A stretch of 64,000 nucleotides of DNA from Octopus sinensis (taxonomy: Eukaryota), in contig NC_042998.1 in NCBI RefSeq assembly GCF_006345805.1, forward strand, positions 54,064,001 through 54,128,000, read 5' to 3'. Made by a program: the position numbers and the translations under genes. Below, in pieces: positions 11,471 through 24,470 of the stretch. The notes below the pieces were generated by a model, which saw only the letters and a list, made by a program, of their open reading frames with translations, was not told where the DNA came from and searched no databases. The number at the start of each line of letters is the position of its first letter. Position 1 is the first letter of the stretch.

Positions 11471-13109
11471 GCTTTAACAACATTTACGAGAATTTTTTAA
11501 TACTAAAAATATCCTGGCATCTTACTTAAGCTAACTGAAATGTAATGACCCATGAATACTTTAACTGCTGTGACCCTTAAATATTGTTACATATGAATTG
11601 AAATTCTATGTTTGAACTAGCTTGTCTTAGAGAGAATAAATACTTGCTTAATTGATGCAGCAACTGAAAAAAGACATGATACCTAACTTGGTGGAACTTA
11701 TGCTGGAAACCTTGTGCAGAAAATTTACATGTGTAAACAATTTTTATATCAAAAGAAACCTAAAGTGCAATGAATGTTATACATGCTTTCATATCCAACA
11801 CTCTTGTTTAATACATGTTGTAATGTCTTTGATAAAATGTAACTCATGGAACATTTCCACTTAGAAAGATGTAACTGACACAACACTGAAACTTGGATGC
11901 CAATTAGTATTCCACATTTCTTTTAATCAATTAGGAACAAGAGGAATTGATCAAAATGTTAAAACACACTCTATGTATTCAAAACGTGTGCTGCACTTGA
12001 ACACAAAGTTCTAAATAGCATTTCTTGAAGCTTATTGCAGCACATGTATAATGTCTTACATAATTAAATCTAGACATTTTACATGCATTGCAGGTAACTG
12101 TGGGAGCCCCAAAATTCACTGATCATAATGTGACTGAAATTTCCATAAACAGTGCACAAGCAGGTACACATAACTGAAAATATAAAGTACTGTGTATAAG
12201 GATAAAATCCCCCCATTACAGCATGTCATAATGGTTGCATTTGTTTAAAATAATTATTTGTCGGGATTTTGTAGACTAAATTTATAATGCCAATATGTAA
12301 CTGATGCAACAAATTCTAATGGCTACAGTAAATTGTTTTTGCTGATAAGCAAGATGATCTTCCAAAAAATAACACTGCTAAACTGTAGTTTTATTCTAAT
12401 TCTTCCTGAAAATACATCTTTGCAAGATGGAAAGTTAATCTTTTTCTAGGATGGAACTGGATACCTACCTTTTGTCCTTGAAGTCAAATTGTCATCTTCT
12501 AGGCTGCACTGAAGATGGCTGCCCTGGTCACATGACAATAGTCCTGCAGAAAATTTTTTTACCTTTTTGAATCCTGTTGGCTTATGGGAACATAAGAATA
12601 CATAAATTATGGTAGCACAATTTTATTATAATTTTTCAGTTTTTGTTTCCTTTTGCATGGAATTGCCCTCTATCAAAGTATTCTGTAACCCATTTTTTGC
12701 TTTAGATTGTAGCCTTTCACCATTCCCATCATTTCTCCTTTTTCTTCATAACCGCCATTCCAGCCTCTGTTTTATATTTGCAGGATTCTTTGAAGTCAGG
12801 AAACAGTTTTTCTTTTTGCTTTTGCTCATGTTTTGTAGTTATATTATTTTTCCATGATTCTTTACTAGATATTTTTATGCTATTGTTGTCATTTTGTTTT
12901 ATACAAGCTGTTTCCAAGTCTCATCTGGAAACTTCAAGAAACAGCAAGTTAGGCATTTTGCCGTGGAAGTTATTTATGAGTGGCAATGATATATTTCAGG
13001 GAAGGGAGACCAAGTACTGAGAATTTAGATTTCATTAAATGGCTGTGGCAATATTTTTGATATTAAAAGATTTTAAATGATTCATATATCCTCAGGTTGA
13101 CAGTATTTT

Positions 13110-14875
13110 TCTTATGATGTAGGCTGTAGCCATGAGAACAATTTTTTTTGTAGTTCTGATACTTTTAAGTTTCCTGGTGTTTGATCAAAGTATTTAAGAA
13201 TGCCATTTGATATTATCCTCAATGTTCCAATGACCACAGGTTGTTCTTAGATGCCATGGTTTAAAGACCTCTCTTTCAAGGTTTTTGTATTTACTTAACT
13301 TTTCAAACGTTTTCACAGAGGCATTACACTCCACTGGGATTAGTATATCAATGAGTGAACGTATTTTATGTAAGTGATTTTTTCAGCACAATACCTGGTC
13401 TTATAGGCCTGACTAGCATCAATCAGTTTGAATACTAAAGTCTCAAAGAGCAGTGATATATTTATTTTCTCCTACTTTGACAGGCATATATTCCCACCAG
13501 TTCTTTTCATATGGGAGCCCAAACTGATGGTATATATTCTAGTGCAAATACTAAGTCTATTATGGTTAGTATACTCAGTTGAAGCTAACAGAGTAGCCAG
13601 AAATGAAGTAGTCATTTATCTCCCAACAGCAACAGGAAGGATCAGTACCATTTTAAAGAATGTTGTCTTGCTTTTTTCTGGAGGAGGGACATTGATCTTG
13701 AGTTGCTATAATGAAGCCCTCTATTTCTGATTTAAGTCCACATACAGCAGCTAATGATGGGTTGTATTTGTATCAACATCAAGACCATTGGCACTTATTT
13801 CTTTATTGCTTTATTTATCAACCCTGAAAGGATGAAAGGCAAAGTCGACCTCGGCAGAATTTGAACTCAGAATGTAACAGCAGATGAAATACCAGTAAGC
13901 ATTTCACCCGGCACGCTAATATTTCTGCCAGCTTGCCACCAGATCATTGGCACTTGCAGGGAATTTACCATATAATGCCTTACATTTCCATCTGTTATGC
14001 AGCTCTTGGATTCCATTTCATTTGGTTTGTGCTTTTATTTGTTTTGCTTTCACAGTGGGTTCGTCTGTTTCATTTAGTAGTACCTCAGTTTTGGTGATCC
14101 TTAATTTCCTGATATATTAGAATAATTTCTCGGGGCTTTCATGCTTGCAGGCAAGTTCAGGCATCCAGTCATTATTATTTTATAGATGGGTATATAACCC
14201 TGTGGTTGCTATTTTTAGAGACAGTAGCAGTTGTATCAGTCTGTGCCCTCCATCCTGTCATAGGGTGTCTACATCTGCCTTTGAGTGATGCATGAGGCAC
14301 TTTGTGAGAAACATATTTTGGTATAAATTTTACTTATCTCATTGATGGACTATTTTATGATATTAAAGCTGTAATTTACAACAGGTAGAGCCAAAATATT
14401 GATGGCATCAATCCTGTTTTTTGTATTAAGTTTGCTTCTCAAGAAAGCCCTGACTCTCTGAAAGCATTTCTTCTATATTCTTTCTCATGTATATGTGGGT
14501 GCTCAATACCATTCCCCTCACACACACACATATCTAAATATTTTTAGTTTTCTTCAAGATCTAATTCCTTGACTATAGTAGTCTTGTCTAGTTGTATGTT
14601 CAAGAGTTTTTTCATTTGGAAAAAGAGTGTGTCTTTAGCAAATTCATCAAGGCCAAATTCTATTTCAAAATTGTCTCATTAAAGTTAAAAGCTGTTCCAG
14701 TTGTTGATCACCTTTCGCAAAAATCTTTAGATCATCCATGTAAAAGGGGTGATTGGTTGATCTGTTGTAAATTCTGTATCTATGTCTTGCATCATTTGGC
14801 AGCTTATAAAGAGGAAAGAGATTCATACTAAAGAGAATTGCTGGCAGAGAATCATATTGGAAAATACTGCAGTTT
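13110..14875 (-). pseudogene. R4/Dong-type LINE (RT C-terminus to RLE), 5'-truncated and decayed
   Basis: YMDDLK motif at about 14725-14742. C-terminal LIDILIP...KTFEKLSKYKNLE..WHL..PVVIGTL. SINE-B inserted at about 13797-13940. Confidence 0.85.
13797..13940 (-). mobile_element. SINE family B (partial) with 15-bp TSD
   Basis: Flanks agaccattggcactt / agatcattggcactt. Confidence 0.8.
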
Positions 14876-14924
14876 ATATCAATGTCACCAAATCATCATA
14901 ATTATTATTATTATTATCATCATC

Positions 14925-15440
14925 AAAGTGGCAAGCTGGCAGAATTGTTAGCCTGCTAGGCAAAATGCTTAGCAATATTTCATCCATTCTTACGTTCTGA
15001 GTTCAAATTCTACTGAGGTCAACTTTGACTTTCATCTTTTCAGGGTTGTTAAATTAAGTACCAGTGAAACACTGGGGTCGATGTAATCGACTTGTCCCTT
15101 CCCGCAAAATTTCAGGCCTTATGACTTTAGTAGAAAGGATTATTATTATTATTATCAAAGCAGTGAGCTGGCAGAATCATTAGACACTGGGCAAAATGCT
15201 TAGCAGTATTTCATCCATCTTTACATTCTGAGTTCAAATTCCGCTGAGGTTGACTTTGCCTTTCATCTTTTGGAGTTGATAAAATAAGTACTAGTTGCAT
15301 ACTGGGGTTGATGTAATCAACCATCCCCCTCAACCCAAAATTGTAGGCCTTGTGCCTCTAGTAAAAAGGATTATTATTATTATTATTATTATGGCAGTGA
15401 ACTGGTTGAATTGTTGGCAATGGGCAAATTGCTTAGGCCT
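14925..15440 (+). mobile_element. Head-to-tail array of SINE-B copies separated by (ATT)n
   Basis: Two complete copies (about 14925-15140 and 15157-15372) ending ..aaaggattattatt, plus a third degenerate head. Confidence 0.85.
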
Positions 15441-15477
15441 GTTACTACTGTCACCTTTATCACAGGTATATTCATGC

Positions 15478-17024
15478 TTAATCCTTCTCTAACCATATTT
15501 TCTCTATAAAAACACTCTACTTGTGTTTGAATTCATTTTCAAACTAATCAACAATTTTGAAGAATTTTGTCAAATAATGTTCTCTGTTATTAAAATGACA
15601 TAAAATGCTTACATAAATTTTTCATAGAGTTAAATAAATAAAGCCGCAAGAAGCAGCATCAAACAAAATACATTCATGAGAAGTCATATTTAATATGTTT
15701 GTGTACAGCCAGATGTGAGAAGACCCTTTGTTGCAGGAATTGTGTCTTGAGAAAATTCTTCTCTTAGATGACATATGAAAACATACAGGAGAATGATCGA
15801 AGGGTGGATTTGGTGTTCATAGGTGTTGTGAAGGAATGCAAACACATGTATCCTATGATCAAATAACTACATTCATAGCTCAATGTTTTCACACATGTGA
15901 TATGGGTGAACTTCCTCCTCCCATTATTTCCACAGCAAAAGGTCTTTTCACATCTGAGTGTATACTCAAACATGCCAAATATGACTCAACACAAATATAT
16001 TTTGTTCACTGGCGCTTCATGCCACTTTATCTATTTAATTCTAAGCTTTCCCAAGCTTTATCTACACCAGCAAATATACTATTTTCTGTTCTAATAAGAA
16101 CAGCATTCATTTTGGCCTGTGAAAGGCAGATTTAGTGTTTGTAGCAGATGACGTGAAAGAACGTAGAAATGCATGCATCCTATAATCTAATGATGTCATT
16201 GACAGCCCAATGTGTTTTCACATGTTGTCTAAGTGGTGAATTTTCTCCTGAGACTATTATTCTTTTACTTGTTTCAGTCATTTGACTGCGGCCATGCTGG
16301 AGCACCGCCTTTAGTTGAAGAAATCAATACCAGGACTTATTCTTTGTAAGCCTAGTACTTATTCTATCGGTCTCTTTTGCCAAAGCGCTAAGTTACAGAG
16401 ACATAAACACACCAGCATCGGTTGTCAAGCGATGTTGGGGGAACAAACACTGACACAGAAACACACAAACATATACACACATATATACGACAGGCTTCTT
16501 TCAGTTTCTGTCTACTAAATCCACTCACAAGGCTTTGGTCAGCCCGAAGCTATAGTAGAAGACGCTTGCCCAAGGTGCCACACAGTGGGACTGAACCTGG
16601 AACCATGTGGTTGGTAAGCAAGCTACTTACCACACAGCCACTCCTGCACCTATACTGCAGTAAAAGTTTTATCATGTCTAAGTATACTTCAACATGTTGA
16701 ACACAACTTTATGCAAATACATTTTGTTATAGAATGCTTAAAAGTGGTGAGTTGGCAGAACCATTAGTGTTCTGGATGAAATGCTTAGCAGCATCTCTTC
16801 TGGTTTCATGTTCTACATTGAAATTCTGCCAAGGTTCATGGTTAGTAAAATAAGTAGCAGTTGAGCACTAGGGTCAATATAATAACATAGACTTTCTTCC
16901 CTAAGGTTTCAGGCCTTGTACCTAAAACAGAAAGGATTATAGAATGTTTAGATTCTACAATATAGATGGTTTTATATCATTCACCTGGGAGCAGTCACAG
17001 GCAGGTTGGTATCAAAAGGGTTAA
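15478..17024. mobile_element. Probable long non-autonomous piggyBac-type element (family 2 ends) with internal repeats and nested SINEs
   Basis: Left end ttaatccttctctaaccatattt resembles family-2 left ends; right end ggttggtatcaaaaggg-TTAA. The interior holds three diverged copies of an ~300-bp unit. Confidence 0.45.
16257..16650 (-). mobile_element. SINE family A, full length
   Basis: Reverse complement of the 6863-7260 family along its whole length. Confidence 0.88.
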
Positions 17025-17061
17025 ACTAAGGTTGTAGAAGTATTTACTATGTTGTTGCTGT

Positions 17062-17291
17062 TTAACCCTTTCATTACTGTATTTATTTTGAGATGCTCTG
17101 TGTTTCTTTCAATTAATTTTAAATATAACCAATAATTTAGTAAAATAACTTAGCTATCATTAAGCTAGTGTTAGGAATATAAATTGTAACTAACGTTTGG
17201 TGGAAGATTTTAATTCAAAGCTTATGAAAATAAGACATTTGTACTATAGAGCTACAGGCAGTTTAATCTGGGTTGGTATTGAAGGGGTTAA
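17062..17291. mobile_element. piggyBac-type MITE, family 2
   Basis: TTAA-CCCTTTCATTAC ... GTATTGAAGGGG-TTAA. Related copy at 25550-25694. Confidence 0.8.
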
Positions 17292-18050
17292 GCCTAAGAC
17301 AAACATGACTGAGTGGATTAATGATCAAAGGTGAGCAAATTGAGATAATCTCACTTTCATGCATTCAGAACTACAGTATCCAATGAGTACTTGCTTCTTT
17401 AAAAATCCTAAGATGTGATTTCAGAGACCTTTAGCTTCTTATTATGTTAGGTTGAGTGAAAAGAGGGAGGTTACATCATTGATATTGAAAGTTATAAAGA
17501 AAAATGGCTTTGTGAACATATATGTTTGAGAAAGAAATACACACACACATACATACATACATACATATAAAAGAGATATAAACACAAGCAGAGGGACAAT
17601 TTAGATCTTCCACAAATCTTTACAGATAGAAACAATTCAAATATTGACAATAATTACAATTTCTTAATCTGCATTTAGTTTTTCTTTTCCTTCTAAATGC
17701 AATAGTTAGAATTTATTGAAAAAAGAAAAGACAAAGAAATTCAGTAAAATGTAATTTGCATTTATTATTATTATTTTTATTATTATTATTATTATTACTT
17801 TTGCATTACACTCTACACCAATTAGGGGAGATGTGTAAAAAAAGAGCAAGAACATGTTTAAAAGAGCAAAATGAATGAAATTAATCATAAAATTTAAAAA
17901 AAAAAATAAAAGGCCTGTTTTTGAATGGTAGTATAAACAGAATATCTTGCAGAGAATATATAAACGTATTTCATTGGTATTGATTTATTTTAACTGACTT
18001 GTACAAAATATATACATACATTAATATATACACATATCCAAGTATGTGTA

Positions 18051-18160
<110 letters not shown>

Positions 18161-19334
18161 TTAGTGTTGATGGCATAAAAAATTTATAAACTTTCAAGAG
18201 AATAACATGAAATAATTCATTTTTGGAACAGTGTATCTCGAAGCACACACATAAAGCTGAAAACAATAGCATGTACATATCCAAAAGGGATTTTCAACCC
18301 AATTATACATGCTATGATATATATATATATACATGCACACACACACAAACACACATGTAGATGTATATGTATGTATGTGAGAATATTGTTTATTTGTTCA
18401 CTTAACATCAATTTTTTTTTCAATGCTTGCATGGGTTAGCAGGAGACTTATTTGAAACAAGATTCAATGGGTGTTTGCTCTTCTAGTCAGTCACCAGCCT
18501 TTCCTCTGTTTCTCAAGTAAAAGACTTGGAAAAGCATAGTTGTTTGAAAGCATAGAGTGTTTGGTAATCATAAATAGAATGTAGACATTACCATTTCACT
18601 CAAATGGCAACGGGTGAAACCATAGGTTATCAGCAGTCATGCACACACACACACACACACGTATAGTTTCCACCAAGCAAATCCATTCACAACATTGGTT
18701 AATCCAAATTTGTTTGTAGATGAAGAGGACAAAACTACACAGCTGAATTTCAAAGCATACTTCTTAACCATGAGACTACGCCTGTGGCTGCCCAATTCAT
18801 GAATGTGTGTGCAGTGTCTATAAGTGTATGTATAGTGATTGACATGAATTGATTATACACTCTCCCTTGTTCACTGTGGATGTATTACAGTGGTGGTGGA
18901 GGAACAGTGTTGTTGCTTCATACATTTCTTCGTGTGTTTGTGTGTGCGAGTGTGCTAAAATGTCATCAGCATTTTCATTATCATCTTAACAGCCACTTTT
19001 CCGTACTTCCATGGCTTGGACGGAATTTGTTGGGGCGGATTTTCGAAGGATGGATAATTTTCCTGCTGCCAACCCTCACTTGTCTCCAAGCAAGGTAACA
19101 TTTCCCCATGACAAGTTAGAATACTGGAAATGAAGAACACTGCCAGCATGACAGTGACATTCACATGAAGTCACGGTAAGGAGACAGTAACACATATGGT
19201 GAACTTCTTTCTATTTCCATTTATCAAATCCACTGACAAGGCTGTGGTGGATCCATGGCTATAACAGAAGACACTTGTGTCAAGGCCAAGGTGCCATGCA
19301 GTAGGACTGAAACCAGAACTTATGTATATATATA

Positions 19335-19630
19335 AATAGGTGCATGGCTCAGTGGTTAGAGTATCAGGCTCACAATCATGAGGTGGCGAGTTTGATTCGT
19401 GGACCGAGACACTTGAGCAAGACACTTTATTTCCTGTTGTGCCTGCTCACTCAGCTGTAGAAATTATTTGCAATGTCACTGGTCCCAAGCTGTATTGGCC
19501 TTTCTCTTTCCCTTGGATAACACTGGTGGCAGGGAGAGGGAAGGCTAGTTTGCATGGGCCACTGCAGGACATGTGCCTCAGGAGGAGACTTTCTAGGTGC
19601 AACCCCAGAGTCATTCATGACCAAAAGGGT
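19335..19630 (+). mobile_element. SINE family C
   Basis: Head ggtgcatggctcagtggttagagt..gagtttgattc; body ttgagcaagacactttatttc..cactcagctgtagaaat. Confidence 0.8.
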
Positions 19631-20351
19631 TTTATATATACATACACACATGTACACACACACATATTTTTTTTATTAATAATCGGCAAAAGTTTTAGTG
19701 TGATACAAGTGCCAAAACGTTGTATGAGATGGCACTTATCAAACTATATATATATATATCATAATTTTATGTCTGTTTTCCATACTGGTAAGGTTTGAAT
19801 GGCACAACAGAACCCAATAAGTTGGAAGACCATGTCTTGCTTTAATGTCTCAGTTTTGGCACAGTTTCTCTGTATGTGTATGTATATATATATATGCATG
19901 TATTCATAACTACCACAAAAGAAAATGGACAAATGTTTGTGACTACTAAATATTTACCTAGTAAAGGATGTACCAGTCAGCACAGACTAGTGATTAGTGG
20001 CTTCAGAATCAGAGATAGACAAGCTCAGATTTGTAAGATGTTCTGAAGAAGGAAAACAAGGAACCTGACAGATGTCACTACTAAAGAAAAGTTTAGAGGG
20101 GTGTTCAGTGAAATTTTTTTTTATTCTTTTGTTATTACTTGTTTCAGTTACTTGACTGCCACCCATGCTGGAGCACCACCTTAAAGGAGTTTTAGTCAAA
20201 GAAATCGATCTGAGGACTTATTCTTCGTAAGCCTAGTACTTATTCTATTGGTTTTTTCTAACTGAACCACTAAATTATGGGGATGCAAGCACACTAGCAT
20301 CAGTTGTTAAGTGATGATGGGGGGACAAAGACAAACATGCACACCCATAAA

Positions 20352-20382
20352 CATATACACATATACATATACATATATATAC

Positions 20383-20461
<79 letters not shown>

Positions 20462-20497
20462 CATATACATTATATACATATACATATATATATATAC

Positions 20498-20562
<65 letters not shown>

Positions 20563-20568
20563 CATATA

Positions 20569-20601
<33 letters not shown>

Positions 20602-21017
20602 CATATTATATATATATACATATATATATATATACATATTATATATATACATATATATATATAATATATATATATATATATACATATATATATACATATA
20701 TATATATATATACATATATATATACATATATATATACATATATATACATATATATATACATATATATACATATATTATACATATATATATATATAATATA
20801 TATATACATATATATATATATATACATATATATGTAGGTCCCGGTTTGATCCGGGGTTAACCACAGTAAGTAAGGTACTCAATACATAGCAGAGTAAAAT
20901 TAATTATTATATAGAAGGAGCTTCTACAGGACTAGTACTGTTTCATTCCTGAAGATTTCTCTTGAATGAAACAGTACTAGTCCTGTAGAAGCTCCTTCTA
21001 TATAATAAATTAAAAAA

Positions 21018-21072
<55 letters not shown>

Positions 21073-21087
21073 CATATATATATATAC

Positions 21088-21118
<31 letters not shown>

Positions 21119-21157
21119 CATATATATATATACATATATACATACATATATATATAC

Positions 21158-21206
<49 letters not shown>

Positions 21207-21265
21207 CATATATATATATAACATATATATATATATAATATATATATACATATATATATATATAC

Positions 21266-21352
<87 letters not shown>
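20352..21352. repeat. Very long compound (TA)n/(TACA) microsatellite
   Basis: Direct inspection; interrupted only by 20836-21015. Confidence 0.95.
20836..21008. mobile_element. Foldback element 1 (probably Penelope-derived): unique tail + perfect 45-bp inverted repeat + hammerhead-like core
   Basis: Arms 20904-20948 and 20964-21008 are exact reverse complements. The loop begins CTGAAGA, followed by ttc-tctt-gaa, GAAAC and a downstream GTC. Confidence 0.65.
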
Positions 21353-21354
<2 letters not shown>

Positions 21355-21559
21355 CGATGAGCATCTTCCAGTTTCCATTTACTAAGTCCACTGACAAGGC
21401 TTTAGTCGGCCCAAGGCTATGGTAGAAGACACTTGCCCAAGGTGTCATGCAGTGAGATTGAACCTGAAACCATGTGGTTGAGAAGTAAGTTTCTAACCAC
21501 ACAGCCACACTGGCAAAACATTTTCATTTCAACCTCAGATAAGTCAAAAGTTCAAATTT

Positions 21560-22150
21560 GACATAGGAAAAGGAAAAAAGCATGTTAAGTTCATGGCACT
21601 AGCAGCAAGTTGGAGATCACTAGATTTTTTAATGCGGCTGAATCTTTTGTGTTGAGGGTCAGAAAAGAGTTCCCTGGAGGAGTTGCATTACCATTAGTGA
21701 CCGAGAGAAAGTACCATTTGCAGTGGGTGTACAATATCAGGATGGATGAATTTCTCCAGCAGGTCTAAGGCAATGTACGACCCTACGAGGACATCATGTG
21801 CAAGTCCTAAATGATAAGGACAGAGTAATTCATGTACAGTGAGACACAAAAGAACCATATGATCCATTTGAAGTGTTTCCTGAACAATCTGAAGCACTAT
21901 GAGAAATCCATCATGCTCTAGTTCTCTGATGAGAAGAATTTTGACCTGGATCTGAAGAAAAAAAAAAACCAATAGATGGCTCAGCACAGACCCCACTGTG
22001 GTGCCCATACTGATGCACACAAAATTCTAATCATCCTTGGTGTACTACAGTTGTAAATAATTAGGGCTATGCCATGCAACCACATGGTCAATTCTACCAC
22101 CGGCATATTACAGTGGGAATGTTCTCTTTCCTACATGGTCTTTGCAACCC
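21560..22150 (+). pseudogene. Tc1/mariner-superfamily transposase relic (DD37D/maT-like)
   Basis: Plus-strand FSDEKNFDLD...NRWLSTDPTVVPILMHTKF...VVNN*GYAMQPH resembles the first catalytic Asp region (FSDEK.F..D; HTKFP.SVMV). Confidence 0.75.
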
Positions 22151-22374
22151 AAAAGTAGTTGACATATGCAAGAGAATTAAGGGATATCTTTATGCATATA
22201 CTTATTACCCATCCTCCCCCTTTCACAATTCAGTTGTATCACATTGTGATCAAATCTTTTGCTAATTACTCTGCATCATTATTAATTCTCTATATGTGTG
22301 ATACTGTTAATCTGAAGACTAATAAGACAAGTCATAATAAAGATATGAATACGTACAAATATGTATACATAAAC

Positions 22375-22680
22375 TTAATGGTTAGAGTATTCGGCTCAGA
22401 AACATAAGGTCAAGAATTTGATACCTGGCAGTGCATTTTGACCTTGAGCAAGACACTTCATTTCATGCTGCTCTAGTCCACTCAGCTGGCAAAAATGAGT
22501 TGCACCTGTACTTCAAAGAGCCAGCTTTGTCACAATTTGTGTCATGCTGAATCTCTTTGAGAACTACATTAAGGGTACATGTCTGTGGAGTGCTCAGTCA
22601 GTTGCATGTTAGTTTCATGAGCAGGCTGTTCTGTTAGTCAGATCTACTGGAACCCTCATCATTGTAATTGGCTGAGTGCT
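22375..22680 (+). mobile_element. SINE family C
   Basis: ttaatggttagagtattcggctc..ccttgagcaagacact..cactcagctggcaaaaatgagt; same subtype as 2336-2646. Confidence 0.8.
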
Positions 22681-22719
22681 TGTTACTACACATACACACA
22701 CACTCGCACACATACATAA

Positions 22720-23011
22720 AGATTCAACAGAGATAGAATCAGCATTAAAAAGGTACTCCATCCAGCGAGAGATAACAATCAATTTAAATACACAAATGAA
22801 AGAGCTACTAATAGTTTCATGATTTTATGATGCTTGAGCAGGCATATTTATAAGATAAGTCATGTATATAATGCATAAACAGACCCTGAAAGATTGCTTT
22901 AAGGTACATGGTGCATTTTATAAATATGCATGTTCAAGTATCTTATCTGTTAAGATACTTGAACATGTATGAAACTGTTAGTAGCTCTTTTGGTTGTGTA
23001 TTTAAATTGAT
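22720..23011. mobile_element. Foldback element 2 with nested inverted repeats
   Basis: Outer arms ~22778-22820 / 22969-23011; inner arms ~22830-22866 / 22905-22941; hairpin 22929-22967. The right arm abuts (TA)n. Confidence 0.6.
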
Positions 23012-23614
23012 ATATATATATATATAGACTCACACACATATAATCCTTACTTTATAGTGTGTTGCAAGTTTCCTGGCAACCTCAGTTATATTTGAGTCAT
23101 GGAAAAATAGCACCCAGTATCCACTGTAAAGTTGTTGCCACTAGGAAGGATATACAGTTGTAGAAACCATGTCGAAGCTGACATTAGAGACGGATACAGC
23201 TCTGTGGCTTGATTGACCTTGTCAAACCATCGAAAACAGGCATTAGATGTGGACAACGAAATATGCTGAGTGATTAAAAAGTTCACAGAGTAATTATAAA
23301 GTTCTGGCCTTGATCTCATTGAGTAGCATCCTAGGCAAGTGCAATTATCGAAGCCTTGTGTTGTCCTAAGCATTGTGAGTAATTCAGTAGATAGAAACTG
23401 TAGACAGAAGGCTAATTGATGGATTGTGCTTGTAATTCAGCGGTGCAGCTTCATTCATACTAACTCTGCTTGAGAATTACATTGAGGGTGCATGTGTTTG
23501 TGGAATACTCAGCCACTTCGCCCACTTATTCAATAAGTAGGTTGTCCCAGTTGATTGAATAATAGAGCTCACATCATGAAATTCATGTGAGAGTCCATCA
23601 ACACTATATATATC

Positions 23615-23900
23615 ATCAATCATCATCATCATCATCGTTTAATGTCCGCTTTCCATGCTGGCATGGGTTGGACGGTTTGACTGAGGACTGGCGAACCAGA
23701 TGGCTGCACCAGGCTCCAATCTTGATCTGGCAGAGTTTCTACAGCTGGATGCCCTTCCTAATGCCAACCACTCCGGGAGTGTAGTGGGTGCTTTTATGTT
23801 CCACAGGCACGAGGGCCAGTCAGGCGGTACTGGTAATGGCCATGCTCAAATGGTGTTTTTTATGTTCCACCTGCACAAGAGCCACTCCAGCAGCATTGGT
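23615..23900 (-). mobile_element. Non-autonomous RTE-related repeat
   Basis: (cat)n, tttaatgtccgctttccatgctggcatgggttggacgg, ggatgcccttcctaatgccaaccactc. Confidence 0.8.
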
Positions 23901-24093
23901 AACATATATATATGTGAACAGCAATACTGACAATGGGAACATCAGTACTATGCCACCATTACTATCAACAACAACGCTAAAAACAAATGGGTGAGTAGCT
24001 ACGTGGTTGCTTGCCTTGCCGAGAAAAGCAGTCAATCACCATTAAATTACACCGTTATATTTTATATATACATGTAAGCTTAGTAGAACAAAA

Positions 24094-24139
<46 letters not shown>

Positions 24140-24219
24140 CCATACTAAATTCTGGTGCCTCAACTTAAATACCATATTCATCTGAATCTAAATTTTGCTG
24201 AACTTACATATATATACAT

Positions 24220-24470
24220 TAAAGGGGTGACTTGTTAGTAATTAGAACCTAAAAGCAAAATTAATAAAAGTTACAAGTGTGACGGAGGGGGCTGGCTAGC
24301 ACCACTTATGCGAAAATAAGAGTTAAATTAACTCTCAAGCCACTAAAGTACTATGACTATATTTATTTATTAAATATAGTGCTTTAGTGACTTGAGAGTT
24401 AATTTAACTCTTATTTTAGCATAAGCAGTGCTAGCCAGCACCCTCCATCACATTTATGACCTCTACTAAT
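24220..24470. mobile_element. Foldback element 3: ~95-bp inverted arms inside TA repeats
   Basis: Arms ~24260-24354 and 24376-24470 (gctggctagcac..ttatgc.aaaataagagttaaa.. / ..taactcttatttt.gcataag..gtgctagccagc). Unique tail on the left. Confidence 0.65.

Larger units (their letters stand above)
20120..21510 (-). mobile_element. SINE family A split by ~1 kb of expanded microsatellite and a foldback insert
   Basis: 3' half at about 20120-20350 and 5' half at about 21355-21510. Confidence 0.8.

Noticed and set aside
20300-21304. Many long ORFs of Y/I/M/H/T/C repeats (also near 4100, 18050, 28200, 37100, 51450)
   Set aside because: They are translations of TA/CA microsatellites, which lack stop codons; not genes.
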